DNA of 63,113 nucleotides, filler included, from Octopus bimaculoides (taxonomy: Eukaryota): assembly GCF_001194135.2 (NCBI RefSeq). It is 5 parts of 5 records of this genome, joined end to end, with 100 filler letters (N's around TTAATTAATTAA, not from the genome) between each part and the next. Parts side by side here need not be neighbours in the genome. Positions count along the whole stretch, not along the records: positions 1 to 19,447 come from NC_068998.1; positions 19,548 to 43,765 come from NC_068990.1; 3 more parts are not named here. One strand, 5' to 3'. Both the position numbers and the translations under genes were made by a program. Positions within the stretch are counted from its first letter, which is position 1. Every line of letters begins with the position of its first letter. The notes under the pieces are model-generated. The model searched no databases, was not told the origin of the DNA, and saw only the letters and a program-made list of their open reading frames with translations. Positions 13,750-26,072 of the stretch are shown piece by piece.

Positions 13750-13802
13750 CCCTGATGTCACACATGATGTAATTTCATATTAATTCGTCTGTGACATCAG
13801 GG
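13750..13802. ncRNA. Candidate pre-miRNA-like hairpin
   Basis: The 13-bp perfect stem ccctgatgtcaca/tgtgacatcaggg is extended by atga/tcgt and taat/atta, with a 5-nt loop (ttcat). No expression evidence. Confidence 0.3.
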
Positions 13803-13930
13803 TAATCCGGTTAGAACAAGATATGCGTGTGGGTGTGGTTGAAGTCACGTGAATGATACCCGCTTCCGTAAAACGGCGAAAAACAGTGAAAGGATTTCCT
13901 TAATGTCTTACATCAAATCGACTCACACCT

Positions 13931-13972
<42 letters not shown>

Positions 13973-14409
13973 NNNNNNNNNNNNNNNNNNNNNNNNNNNN
14001 NNNNNNNNNNNNNNNNNNNNNNNNNNNNNNNNNNNNNNNNNNNNNNNNNNNNNNNNNNNNNNNNNNNNNNNNNNNNNNNNNNNNNNNNNNNNNNNNNNNN
14101 NNNNNNNNNNNNNNNNNNNNNNNNNNNNNNNNNNNNNNNNNNNNNNNNNNNNNNNNNNNNNNNNNNNNNNNNNNNNNNNNNNNNNNNNNNNNNNNNNNNN
14201 NNNNNNNNNNNNNNNNNNNNNNNNNNNNNNNNNNNNNNNNNNNNNNNNNNNNNNNNNNNNNNNNNNNNNNNNNNNNNNNNNNNNNNNNNNNNNNNNNNNN
14301 NNNNNNNNNNNNNNNNNNNNNNNNNNNNNNNNNNNNNNNNNNNNNNNNNNNNNNNNNNNNNNNNNNNNNNNNNNNNNNNNNNNNNNNNNNNNNNNNNNNN
14401 NNNNNNNNN

Positions 14410-14595
14410 ATGATGATGAAGATGATGATGACGATGACGATGATGATGATGATGACGATGACGATGACGATGATGACGATGATGACGATAATGATGATGA
14501 TGATGATTTAGAAGAAGAAGAAGAAGAAGAAGAAGAAGAAGAAGAAGAAGAAGAAGAAGAAGAAGAAGAAGAAGAAGAAGAAGAAGAAGAAGAAA
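14410..14595. repeat. (GAT/GAC)n followed by (GAA)n microsatellite
   Basis: Direct reading. It gives the spurious poly-D/E ORF. Confidence 0.95.
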
Positions 14596-16420
14596 CAGAA
14601 TAGAAGACAGCTGAGTTAGAAGAAATTAACGATGATAAAGTAATCAGAATTGAAACACCAAAAAAACAGACATTGACAACAACAACAACAACAACAACAA
14701 TAATAGCAACAACAGCCTAGAAATAAATAGTTTACATCGAAATGAAGAGAAAAAAATGGTGGAATAAAAAGAATGACGACAACGATAAGAAGACGTCGAG
14801 AAGAGAGGAAAGAATAACGGATTGATCAAGGCCTCGACTGCGGACGCTGACGATGAAGACAACAATAGCAACAACAGCAACAGCAGCAGCAGTAGCATCG
14901 ACTAATACGCCATTAGCTACATTGACAGCAACGACGGCTGAGAATTATAGTTTATATGGAAACGTAGAAAAAATAAAAATGGTGGCTGGAGAAAGAAAAA
15001 TCTAAGAAACGACACGTAGAACAACAACTGCAGCAACAACAACAACAAAAACCAGTACAAGGACAAGAACAACATCTTCAGAGGCATCGCAAATGTCAGC
15101 GCAATGCTTGCCCATTACCAACGCAATAAATGGTTGATAACGCAGGTAGAATTAGACGACGACGACGACGATGATGATGATGGGAAGAAGTTTAAACGAA
15201 AAAAATTGACGGCCATTAGTCACTGGGATTCTTTATCTAGAGTGGTGGTGGTGCTGGTGCTGGTGGTGGCGGTGGGTTGTGGGGAGGGTTGTGTTGATGG
15301 TGGGGGTCGTGGTTGTCTTGGTGGTGGTGGTGGTGGTAGTAGTGAGGCTGTTGTGCTGCNNNNNNNNNNNNNNNNNNNNNNNNNNNNNNNNNNNNNNNNN
15401 NNNNNNNNNNNNNNNNNNNNNNNNNNNNNNNNNNNNNNNNNNNNNNNNNNNNNNNNNNNNNNNNNNNNNNNNNNNNNNNNNNNNNNNNNNNNNNNNNNNN
15501 NNNNNNNNNNNNNNNNNNNNNNNNNNNNNNNNNNNNNNNNNNNNNNNNNNNNNNNNNNNNNNNNNNNNNNNNNNNNNNNNNNNNNNNNNNNNNNNNNNNN
15601 NNNNNNNNNNNNNNNNNNNNNNNNNNNNNNNNNNNNNNNNNNNNNNNNNNNNNNNNNNNNNNNNNNNNNNNNNNNNNNNNNNNNNNNNNNNNNNNNNNNN
15701 NNNNNNNNNNNNNNNNNNNNNNNNNNNNNNNNNNNNNNNNNNNNNNNNNNNNNNNNNNNNNNNNNNNNNNNNNNNNNNNNNNNNNNNNNNNNNNNNNNNN
15801 NNNNNNNNNNNNNNNNNNNNNNNNNNNNNNNNNNNNNNNNNNNNNNNNNNNNNNNNNNNNNNNNNNNNNNNNNNNNNNNNNNNNNNNNNNNNNNNNNNNN
15901 NNNNNNNNNNNNNNNNNNNNNNNNNNNNNNNNNNNNNNNNNNNNNNNNNNNNNNNNNNNNNNNNNNNNNNNNNNNNNNNNNNNNNNNNNNNNNNNNNNNN
16001 NNNNNNNNNNNNNNNNNNNNNNNNNNNNNNNNNNNNNNNNNNNNNNNNNNNNNNNNNNNNNNNNNNNNNNNNNNNNNNNNNNNNNNNNNNNNNNNNNNNN
16101 NNNNNNNNNNNNNNNNNNNNNNNNNNNNNNNNNNNNNNNNNNNNNNNNNNNNNNNNNNNNNNNNNNNNNNNNNNNNNNNNNNNNNNNNNNNNNNNNNNNN
16201 NNNNNNNNNNNNNNNNNNNNNNNNNNCGACCGACCGTCCATCCAGCCAGTCCTCTACAACCGTCGTACACGCAGCCATTAGTTTTAAGGTGTCATTCCAG
16301 TAAAAGATAGCAATGCCGCCATCATCAGTTGCGAAGAAGACAAAGGTCATCCGTTTACGGAGAGAAAGCGAGGAGTGTTTGACTCTGGAGATCACCCAAC
16401 ACCCTCCCTTAACTCACACT

Positions 16421-16470
<50 letters not shown>

Positions 16471-16802
16471 TACACACACACTCATTATACACACATGCAC
16501 ATACACATACACTAATACAAGCGCGCAGAAAACATTCATTCGCGTTTTCTATTGTATTTTTTTCTTTCTTTCCATCGTTCCCTCTGTCATTTTTTTTTTT
16601 TTGCCTTTCGTTTTTATTTTGTCCCATGGCTTCCCATTTACAACCAACAACAACACTACTACCACCACCACCACCATCACCACCACCACTGCTACTATTT
16701 TTAGCATTACTAACTACCACTTCCACTATTGCCGCTACTACTACTGCTACAACTTTTACTACAACCATTACTACTACCGTTATTGCGAATACTACTAACA
16801 GT

Positions 16803-17600
16803 AATCCATTTTGCTGTAAGCACAAGGCCTGAAATTTTGGTGGAGGGGACTGGTCGATTACATCGACCCTAATGTTTCACTGGTACCTAATTCATCGACC
16901 CCGAAAGGATGAAGAGCAAGGTCGACCTCGACGGAATTTGAACTCAGAACATAAAGACACACGAAATACCGCTAAGCATTTCGCCCGGCGTGCTAACGTT
17001 TCTGCCAGCTCACTGCCTTTCAACCAGTCGATTACATCGACCTTAGTGCTTGACTGGTTCTTGTCTTATGGAGCCCGAAAGGTTGAAAGACGAAGCAGAC
17101 TTCGGCTGAATTTGAACATAGATCCCCAAAGACGGACGAAAGGTTGCTTAAGCATTTTGTTCAGCGCGGTAAGAATGTCGCCAGCTCTCCGCTTTAATTG
17201 TAATAGTAATTACAATCCTTTCTACTATAGGCACAAGGCCTGAAATGTGGAGGGAGGGTACTAGCTGATTACAACGATCCTAGTGTTTTACTGGTACTTA
17301 ATTTATCAACCCCGGAAAGATAAAAGGCAAAGTTGACTTCGGGGAATAATAATAGGGACACGGCCTGGATAATAATAATTCTTTCTACTATAGGGACAAG
17401 GCCTGAAATTTTGTTTTAGCGGGAGTGGGGCTAGGCTAGTTGATTCCCTGGACCCCAGTACTTAGCTGGTATTCTATTTTATTGACCTCGAACGGATGAA
17501 AAACAAAAAAAGTCGACGTCTACGGAATTTGAACTCATTACGTGAAGACGGACGGAATACCGCTAAACTTTTTGTCCGGTACTGTAACGATTTTGCCAGC
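16803..17600 (-). mobile_element. Head-to-tail cluster of four SINE A copies (about 16803-17015, 17025-17192, 17213-17345 and 17378-17600)
   Basis: Family A landmarks (aggcacaaggcctgaaatt, ggtacttaattt, atttgaactc, gccagctc) recur four times, all in the same orientation. Confidence 0.8.
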
Positions 17601-18797
17601 CCACACTAACACTATCATTGCCACCACCACCAACACCACCAACACCAACACCACGACTAACACATACCACCACCACCGCCACCCTTATTACCAAACTACT
17701 GCAAATATCGTAAACCGTAAATAACACAACCATCATCTCTAATGGTATCACCACCACCACCACCACCATCACCACTACTACCGCCACCAAGCCATCACCA
17801 TCGCCACTACCACCACTACCACTATAACCACCAACACCACCATCATCACCGCCAATATTAACACCAGCACCACCACCACCACCACCACCGCCAGAATTAC
17901 CCCACTCTACGAACAAAAACAATACTACCACTAACACTAGCGCCAACACCACCACCACCACCACTAACCGTCGTTCTCCTCTACCACAACCAAAATACAA
18001 CAACTACAGCAACAATAACAGAAATACCATTACGTTGGCTCACTGACTGACTGTAAAACACACAAGAGAGATTTATAAAAAAAGAAGAGAAAAGAAAAGG
18101 AAAAGGAAAAAAATAATATAAATAAGCAAAAATAAATTTATAAACAAATAGCAATAAAATGAAACGAAAGTGGAGGGTCTCCCCTTATAGCAGCCATTTT
18201 TTATGTCGTTGTTTTATTACGATTTTATGTCTCATCCGTGTTTTACGCCATATTTTTTTTTGTTCGTGCTATTGTATTTCTTCCTATAGTTTTGTTTTAG
18301 AGTTTCCGTATTTACATTTTATTCTTTTTGGTATTATTATCAGCATTTTCTTACCGTTTTTCTTGTTGTATTTTTATTCTGTAAGTACATTTGTTATTGT
18401 TGTTGTTCTTCTTCTTCCCCATTTTACTTCGTGGTTTATTTTATTTGATATATATCAATATATATATGCGTATATGTGTGTGTGTGCGTGTTTATATTTT
18501 AACGTTGATTTCTTCTTCTTTCTTCTCTTTTCCCTTTGTTCTTTTTTTGTTTTGGGGGGGGGGGTCACTTATTGTCTTTTAATGTTTGTTTGTTTTAGGT
18601 ACGTCTGGAGCGCCGCTGTCGGGCTCTGAAGTAGTTAGAAAAACGCTAAAATGTCACCATTATTCTCTTCGCCAACCTGAAAATTGGTTAAAAACGGGAA
18701 AATCTTTGAGCAAAGCCAAGCTTGGAAATAGATTGCACCGCGTGTGTGAATTACGTGGATAATTAAATGATTTCTATGTTAATTTAATGTGTGAGTG

Positions 18798-18864
<67 letters not shown>

Positions 18865-19412
18865 GTGACTGTATTTACATGAATGTGCGTAGAGTATGCG
18901 TGTGTGTGTGTCTGCGTGTGTATGTGTATATATTTATGCATGCGTAAATGTACTTACACATACACACAAAACGCACGCACACACACATATATGTTTATTT
19001 AGGTATACATGGGTGTATACATATGACTGTGTTTTTGTATGTATATATTTGTATAGCACATATATGTATGTTTATATATATATATATATATGCGTATGTA
19101 TTTATGCGCATATTCGATTCTAAGTATATGTTAATGCTTATATAAATGAGCATAGATGTGCCTATATGCACCCATGTGGACAGGCATCTATGTGTTTATA
19201 TGAAAATATCCATATTGATGATATCCATATACAGTCGTATATATATTTCTGTGTGGATATGTTTGCAAATATATTATCGTATATATGTAGAAATGCTTAT
19301 ACGGTCGTCAGTGTGTATGGGAGTGAGTGTAGATTTGTTAGTTCATAAGACTGTCTAGGTGTGTATGTATAGATGCATGCATGATCATGTGCACTGATTA
19401 ACGTCTTTGTTT

Positions 19413-19447
<35 letters not shown>

Positions 19448-19547
19448 NNNNNNNNNNNNNNNNNNNNNNNNNNNNNNNNNNNNNNNNNNNNTTAATTAAT
19501 TAANNNNNNNNNNNNNNNNNNNNNNNNNNNNNNNNNNNNNNNNNNNN
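19448..19547. other. Artificial scaffold-joining linker N44-TTAATTAATTAA-N44
   Basis: Exactly 44 N, a 12-nt palindrome giving stops in all six frames, then 44 N. The same cassette occurs four times in the window. Confidence 0.95.
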
Positions 19548-19880
19548 AATAACCAAAAGAAAAAGAATGAAAAATGGTCTAAGGAAGATAATAAAGAAGT
19601 TCTTACAGCCTTCTACCATGCCATATAAACTACACATAGAACTACACATGCTACACAAACGTACATGCTACACAAACGTACTTAAAGCAAACACATAATT
19701 TTCTTATGGTTTCTTAAACATTCACTTGAACAAAACTGTACAAATCCAAATATATGGTACTCTAGGCATAACACCTACATGAACTTCTAACTTGTTGTCT
19801 CTTGAGGTCTCTGGGTGGGACTTGGATCCAATTTGTACAAATGCAAAACAAAAGTCAAACATAAAATAATAATAATAATA
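19548..19880 (+). mobile_element. Internally deleted R4/Dong-like LINE derivative (putative ORF N-terminus fused to the 3' UTR)
   Basis: The 3' part (about 19697-19880) aligns with the 3' UTR at about 20392-20570 and ends in (TAA)n. The 5' part reads KWSKEDNKEVLTAFYHA, resembling my recollection of R4-type N-termini. Confidence 0.6.
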
Positions 19881-19990
19881 ATCACAAAACAGCAATAATA
19901 ATAATTATAATTATAATAATAAGAATTACAACAACAATAACATCAACAATAATAATAATGACAACAACAACAATAGCAATGATAATAATG

Positions 19991-20062
<72 letters not shown>

Positions 20063-20064
<2 letters not shown>

Positions 20065-20573
20065 GACATTATATTGAAAGACTTCAGACAAAAATCATAC
20101 CTCCTCATTGATATGACTGTCCCAATCGATATAAACGTATCTGTCAAGACCTACCAAAAACTGAGCAAAAATAAAGATCTTGAAATAGAAATTAGCAAAA
20201 TGTGGAACCTGAAGACTAAAACAATACCTGTTGTCATAAGTGCCCTAGGAATGATAGCAAAAGGGGCTGATTGCCACCTAGCTCAGATACCAGGAAACCT
20301 CAAAATGGTAGAAATTCAAAAGATAGTGCTCATGGGAACTGCTCATATCCTACGTAAAATACTTTCTATGTAATCTCAGATTTCGAAACAAACTCATAAC
20401 TTTTTTATGGTTTCTTAAACATTCTCTAGAACAATACTATGTGCAAAACCAAATAAATGACATCCTAGGAATAACACCAACTTTTATCTTGTTGTCTCTT
20501 GAGGTCTCTGGGTGAGAGTTGGAGCCAACTTGTACAAAGGCAAAGCAAAAGTCAAACATAAAATAATAATAAT
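20063..20573 (+). mobile_element. 5'-truncated R4/Dong-like (REL) LINE: endonuclease C-terminus and 3' UTR
   Basis: DIILKDFRQKSYLLIDMTVP...KLSKNKDL...TIPVVISALG...IQKIVLMGTAHILRKILSM* shows the (P)D..D..K restriction-like endonuclease signature. It is flanked by (TAA)n on both sides. Confidence 0.9.
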
Positions 20574-22210
20574 GATGAAGAGGAGGAGAAGGAGGAAAGG
20601 GAGGAGGAAGCATCAAATTTTTGGCATGAAGTGTTTAGTTAAGTAAATCACACCCAATACTTATTTTCTAAGTTACAGAGAGGTAAACAACACCTGTCTT
20701 CAAGCGAGTTGGGGGAGCAAACACAAAGCCACGCGCATACATACGCGCACACGCACATGCATATACACGTGGGGCTTCCACACAGTTTCCATCTATCAAA
20801 TTCACTCTCAAAGCATTGATCTCCCCCATCCCCCAATGACTGAATCTGAAACCATGCCTTTGCAAAGTGAGGTTCTAAACTCCTTGCCTGCCATGGGCCC
20901 CATTTTTTTTGGGGGGGGTCTGCTGAAAACAGTCTCACTGCCAGTTATCCGTTGTATTTAAAGTGAATTGCTTATGTACAATGCATTTGTACATATGTTT
21001 TTAACAAGATTTACTTGTTAAAGTTTGTCATTATTAGCTCTGACTAATTCTAGAGGACATTTTATGCCATAAATCGCAATTTTTGAACTACAAAAATATT
21101 GACTGTTTTGAAAATGTTTTGTTTTTGTTTTGCATTTCCCATCAATATATCATTCATTAATATTTCATTCGCATTTGATACTATAGTTTAAAAAATAACT
21201 AAAATGTTTATTATTGCAACTGAATAAAAAAGGATAAATATGCTTTTTTTCAGCATTTCTCATTTGGGACTTTTCGAATAATTTATCATAATTTGCAAAA
21301 TAATTCACATAAGAAGAAAATTTAGATACAATATATTATTTTAACACTTCTGACACCTGGCAAAGCCAATAAATATGAATTTAAAAAATTGGCTGTTAAT
21401 GGGCTTAGTGCACAACGAAATCTGGTCAGATATTGGAAACAAAATTGCTTCCAGTTTTTCCACAACATTAAAGCTTTAATATCAATAGACATCCATCTTG
21501 TTCTTGTACGTTGTACACAGCGTTCCAAAGATATGAAAATATCAAATGGGTTTTGTTTGATAACGTCTGATTATTTCATATATTCTACGCAATATCTGTT
21601 GAACAGATAAATGCGTGATATACTTTGTAACGGCTTTTCAGAAACCAATCAAATGTCGATAATTAATTAGAATTCGAAATATTTACGAATGTTTTCGATT
21701 TTGTATTGTCATGTGGTTCCCCGTATAGCAAGATAATCATATCAACGAAAACCTTGTCTGAACCTGAAGTGATTACATTATTGAAAGTGTCGTGTTAACG
21801 AATTATATCTTATTTCTATTATGAGGTGTCAAAAACTTTCGTTGCACGTCTGCGACTTAAGCGTTTCAGCTGTTCTAAATCAGTTTATTGCGATTTTATG
21901 GAAGTTCTGGAGTTTTGTTTTCTTTACTTTGTTCTTTTCTTTTGTGCATCTGAGCACGGTATATAACAATTTCATTATATATTTTTAAATGTAAATATAC
22001 CAGTTTAAAATTGATGTTAGCCCTATTAGTTTAATGTCTAGTGATTCCTTTTTGTGGCGTGGGGGGACAATTGTTCTTTCATGTTTGGTGGATCCATATT
22101 TTTCAAGTGTGCTGTATAAAATAATTGCTGAGGTAGATATGTATAATCGACTACATACTCTTAATTACTGTTCGAAGTAATTATTATTATTATTATTATT
22201 ATTATTATTT

Positions 22211-22601
22211 ATTGCCTTTGCACAGCTTCTAACGCTGGAGATGTGCTACGGTGTCAGCTGTTCACTACCAGCGAACTAAGGTAACATCCCTTATTTTTCG
22301 AGCACCTTCCGGAGTATTCGAGCGGTTCCAAGCAGTGCTGTTTTCTGCAAGTGCTCCACCCTCATAGCAGCCCCTATTTGTTCCACGTACTTCTCGAGAT
22401 TTTTGCTCACTGTTCCCAGGGCTCCGACAATTATTGGTACTACAGCTATCTTTTTCATTGACCGCAACTGCTTAACTTCCCAAGCTAACTTGTCATATCT
22501 CTCGATTTTTCTTTCTTCCTTACCGCATACCTTGTTGTCAGCTGGGTATGTCTATGATCCAGCATAGTTTGTATTCTTTCTCAATTAAGACTATGTCCGG
22601 C

Positions 22602-22602
<1 letters not shown>
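22211..22602 (-). mobile_element. 5'-truncated R4/Dong-like LINE
   Basis: The minus strand begins KPDIVLIEKEYKLCWII. The 3' UTR matches the 48439-49100 copy. There are (TAA)n arrays on both flanks. Confidence 0.9.
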
Positions 22603-22657
<55 letters not shown>

Positions 22658-23249
22658 TGCAGTATTTACTTCTGTTTCCATCTATTCTGATTTCAAATCG
22701 GCTTCAGTTGAGATGGCCTTCCATACTTACTTGGTTGATAAATTAGCTAGCAGTCATATACTAGATTCAATCAAATCGAATCCATCCCTTGTCTACAACT
22801 CTTGGACCATGTAACACTAAGAAATCATTGTTAGTGATGTTATTTATTGAAGGTCAACCTTAATAGAACAGATATGATCATCTCGTGATTTTACGGACAG
22901 AAGATTTGATTGTTATGTATAATAAGTCTAACAACCACATAGGGTCTTTCTTTCCGGCTGAGAGAAATTATTACAAGTGTTAGTGTTATCGTTCTCTTAT
23001 ATTATTTGTATTAACAAAAGGGCGATAGGGTAATAGAGACAGTAGGGCGTTGGAACAATGCCTTGCGGTGTTTAGTTAGGGTTACCTACTGGGGTCGGAA
23101 GCCGATAAAATAAAACATCAGTCAAGAGTCTTGGAGAATATGCTTTCGACTAATCACTTTCCTTCAAAAACTGTTTGCCTTGCTGGCCTGGCTCTCGGTT
23201 ACGACGACCAGTGTTCCGGTTGGTTCGATCAACCGAACAGCCTTGGCAT

Positions 23250-23680
23250 TGGAATTAGATAGAGGAAACTGTGCTTGTTCGTTGGTAATAGACCTAAACC
23301 GTCGCTTGGATTAATACCTCCTTTTGACTTCGGATATGTTTAGTAGAATGCACTATGTTGCAAGTATTCGAAGTAGGTCTCTGATTTCTTCCGCTATATA
23401 TCCCATCAGCTTTTGTGATTCTCCATAAAATAACATGGATACTGTCATCTCTTTCTCATCTGAAGAAGCCATAAAAAGTCAGATGTGTTGAATGTTAAAA
23501 ACTAGAAAAGATGCTGGTTTTTATATCCGTCAGCTCAGAAAACTTCAGACAGAAACGACTTTTCCTTATGATTTTTACTGTTCTACTCAATGTAGATATA
23601 TGTATCACGTTAATGTTTGATATCGCCCGTAATATTTCAAGCTGTAACGTTACCTTCTTAGTTAAATATTCCAAGCACAA
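23250..23680 (-). mobile_element. Degenerate RTE-like LINE ORF2 C-terminal region
   Basis: Minus-strand frames give IKTSIFSS, VSMLFYG and CILLNIS...ITNEQ...PLS, which parallel the RTE C-terminal pattern K..IF...VLLYG...ILNIS...ITNE. Multiple stops. Confidence 0.55.
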
Positions 23681-25063
23681 CTAGAATATCAATCATGTTC
23701 CGTTTTCGCTCCATGTTTTGTGAGAGCTCTCTTACCTCGTAAAACGTCAGGGAAAAGAGATAACTTCTTGTGAGAAATTGTATATTTTCGTTGATATTGT
23801 CTGTAGGAAAAGTGCCATAGCAACATATATTAAAACATTAATATCTATAAGTAAACGAACGAATATCCATCTTAGCATTGCAACTGTTAGAAATAGTAGT
23901 TGTACCCTCCTCAAATTGGCCTGCTGTTTAGAACAGAATATGTTAGATAGGATATTGCAGTTCAGAGTACAAAAATGCCTGGGATAGAACGATAGGACGA
24001 TCACGACTGGAATACCTTCAATCTTAACTTTTTTTTATAAGTCAGTTGGACTAGATTCAAGTCGGCCATGATCCCCTAGCAGCAGTGAAAACAAAAACAT
24101 CAACAACTGAAATAGCATTGACATCGTTGTCAGCGATTTTGGCGTCATAACTTTATTTTTATTTGTTTTCTATTACTACTTTAACAATATGTTTGGTATT
24201 ACTGCTTAGAAACTGTAAGTCGATATTTTTGGTAGATATTTTCAATAGATTTCCGATTGCATTTGTAAGTTTTTCTTGATGACCATATTGTAGCATCTAA
24301 TTTTGTGTATCAGGTATCATCTCTTTTCATGAAATCAACAGTTTTTATTTTTGTCGTTGTTGCTATTGTTCAAAGTCTACTTGATCAGAACTGGCCTGGA
24401 GCTTTGAACAGTCTTTGAACAAAAGCATGCCATCATTGAACATTCCGGTTTTTTTTTCTTTATTCCTGACATAGTCTTTTGAAAACTACATCTTTCCTTT
24501 TTACGATAATAAAGTGATTTGGTTGTTATATATTGCACGCCAAACAACCACACAATGGTTCTCTTCTCACTTTATCATAATTTCCGCTGGATGTTAGATA
24601 ACACCTCTAAGTAGAATTTGTGTTGTATCTAGAACGAATAAATTTAAGATTCATCCATATTAATTATTTTATGATTGTCTCAAATCTTTCAAGAAAAATC
24701 GTGTTTAATTTTAGTCTTAATTACTCTCGTTCTAATCCTGTACACCCGTAAAAAGTATTGTGGAATGTTTACCTCAAACCCATATATCAACAGCAAAGGG
24801 AGAAATACAGTTTGATTTATAAGAGGCTAAGGACTATCATGTACAAATTTACTTGAAGCTTATGTAGGACAAACATTTCGGTACATAAGTGAAAGATTCA
24901 GTGATCCTAGAACAAGGCTACTCAAAAAAAAACCTACGCGGCGCATCTGTAAACATTTGTAAGAAAATATCAAAAATAAGGATCTTCTGGAAGACAATAC
25001 GGGTTCTGTTATTGACCATATTGGTAGTTGAGGGAACAAAGATAGGTGGGTATTTAGACAGAC

Positions 25064-25130
<67 letters not shown>

Positions 25131-25359
25131 CAGACAGATAAGGAATTAAATCAAAATGACTGCAGATTGAGCGTTGCTGGTGTATCAGTTGCTGATATGA
25201 AACAGCAGGTGTGTTTCTTTGGTTCTCTCTCACTTCGGAATTTCAGGACTGGTTTTCTTTTCTTTCGTTTTACTAAAAAGCACTTCAACGATTAGAAAGT
25301 TTGTTGCATTTTGTTTCCTCCACAGACTTCAGCTGATTTTCTTCTACATACACATCTAA

Positions 25360-25390
<31 letters not shown>

Positions 25391-25420
25391 TGTATGTATG
25401 TATGTGTGTATGTATGCATG

Positions 25421-25451
<31 letters not shown>

Positions 25452-25502
25452 GCATGCATGTATATGCATCTTTGTATTAATATTTATTTATTTCTATTTC
25501 AG

Positions 25503-25626
25503 ATACATCGTCATTGTCCATCCTATGAGGTCTCGTTTGTTATGTACCCTGGGTAATACCAGGAAGATACTATGTGTCTTATGGATAATTTCCATATTCA
25601 TTTCTTGCCCGGCCTTGTACATGATG
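25503..25626 (+). CDS. Internal coding exon of a class A (rhodopsin-like) neuropeptide-type GPCR: end of TM3, ICL2 and TM4
   Basis: Acceptor tttatttatttctatttcAG|a (AG at 25501-25502) and donor ATG|GTAAGT (25627). The 124 nt are 1 nt completing the Arg of the D/ERY motif plus 41 codons: YIVIVHPMRSRLLCTLGNTRKILCVLWIISIFISCPALYMM. It has R-Y-x-x-I-V-H-P, the TM4 Trp and the S-x-P motif. The phase-0 end matches the next exon. Confidence 0.93.
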
Positions 25627-25675
25627 GTAAGTATAGCCTCTTCTTCTTCTTCTTCTTCTTCTTCTTCTTCTTCTT

Positions 25676-26072
25676 TAGTCGAAGAAATCGACCCCGGCAC
25701 TTATTCTTTGTAAGCCTAGAACTTATTCTATCGGGGTCTTTTGCCGTACTGCTAAGTTACAGGGACGTGAACACGCCAACATCGATTGTCAAGCGATGGT
25801 GGGGGGACAAACAGACACACAAACACACACACACACACACACACTCGCATAAAGATATATACATACATTATATATATATATATTTATATATATATATACA
25901 TATATATATATACGAGTGGCTTCTTTCAGTTTCCGTCTACCACATCCACTCACAAGGCTTTAGTCGGCCCGAGGCTATAATAGAAGACGCTTGCTCAAGG
26001 TGCCACACAGCGGGACTGAACCCGGAACCATGCGGTTGGGAAGCAAGCTACCTTACCACACAACCACTCCTG
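25676..26072 (-). mobile_element. Composite SINE: family B tRNA head and body, (TA)n(TG)n linker, 3' module C
   Basis: B head at 26072-25910, microsatellite at about 25820-25910, module C (gtcgaagaaatcgacccc...cttattct) at about 25676-25820. The same layout occurs at 31808-32196 and 53872-54218. Confidence 0.85.

Noticed and set aside
19492-19503. TTAATTAATTAA palindromes isolated inside N runs (also at 43810, 52399 and 59668)
   Set aside because: Each sits in an identical N44-12-N44 cassette with stops in all six frames. This is an assembly linker, not biology.
25362-25460. TGCATG (Rbfox-type) motifs upstream of the GPCR exon
   Set aside because: They are single-base variants of a (TATG)n microsatellite, seen in the same form at many non-exonic sites here.
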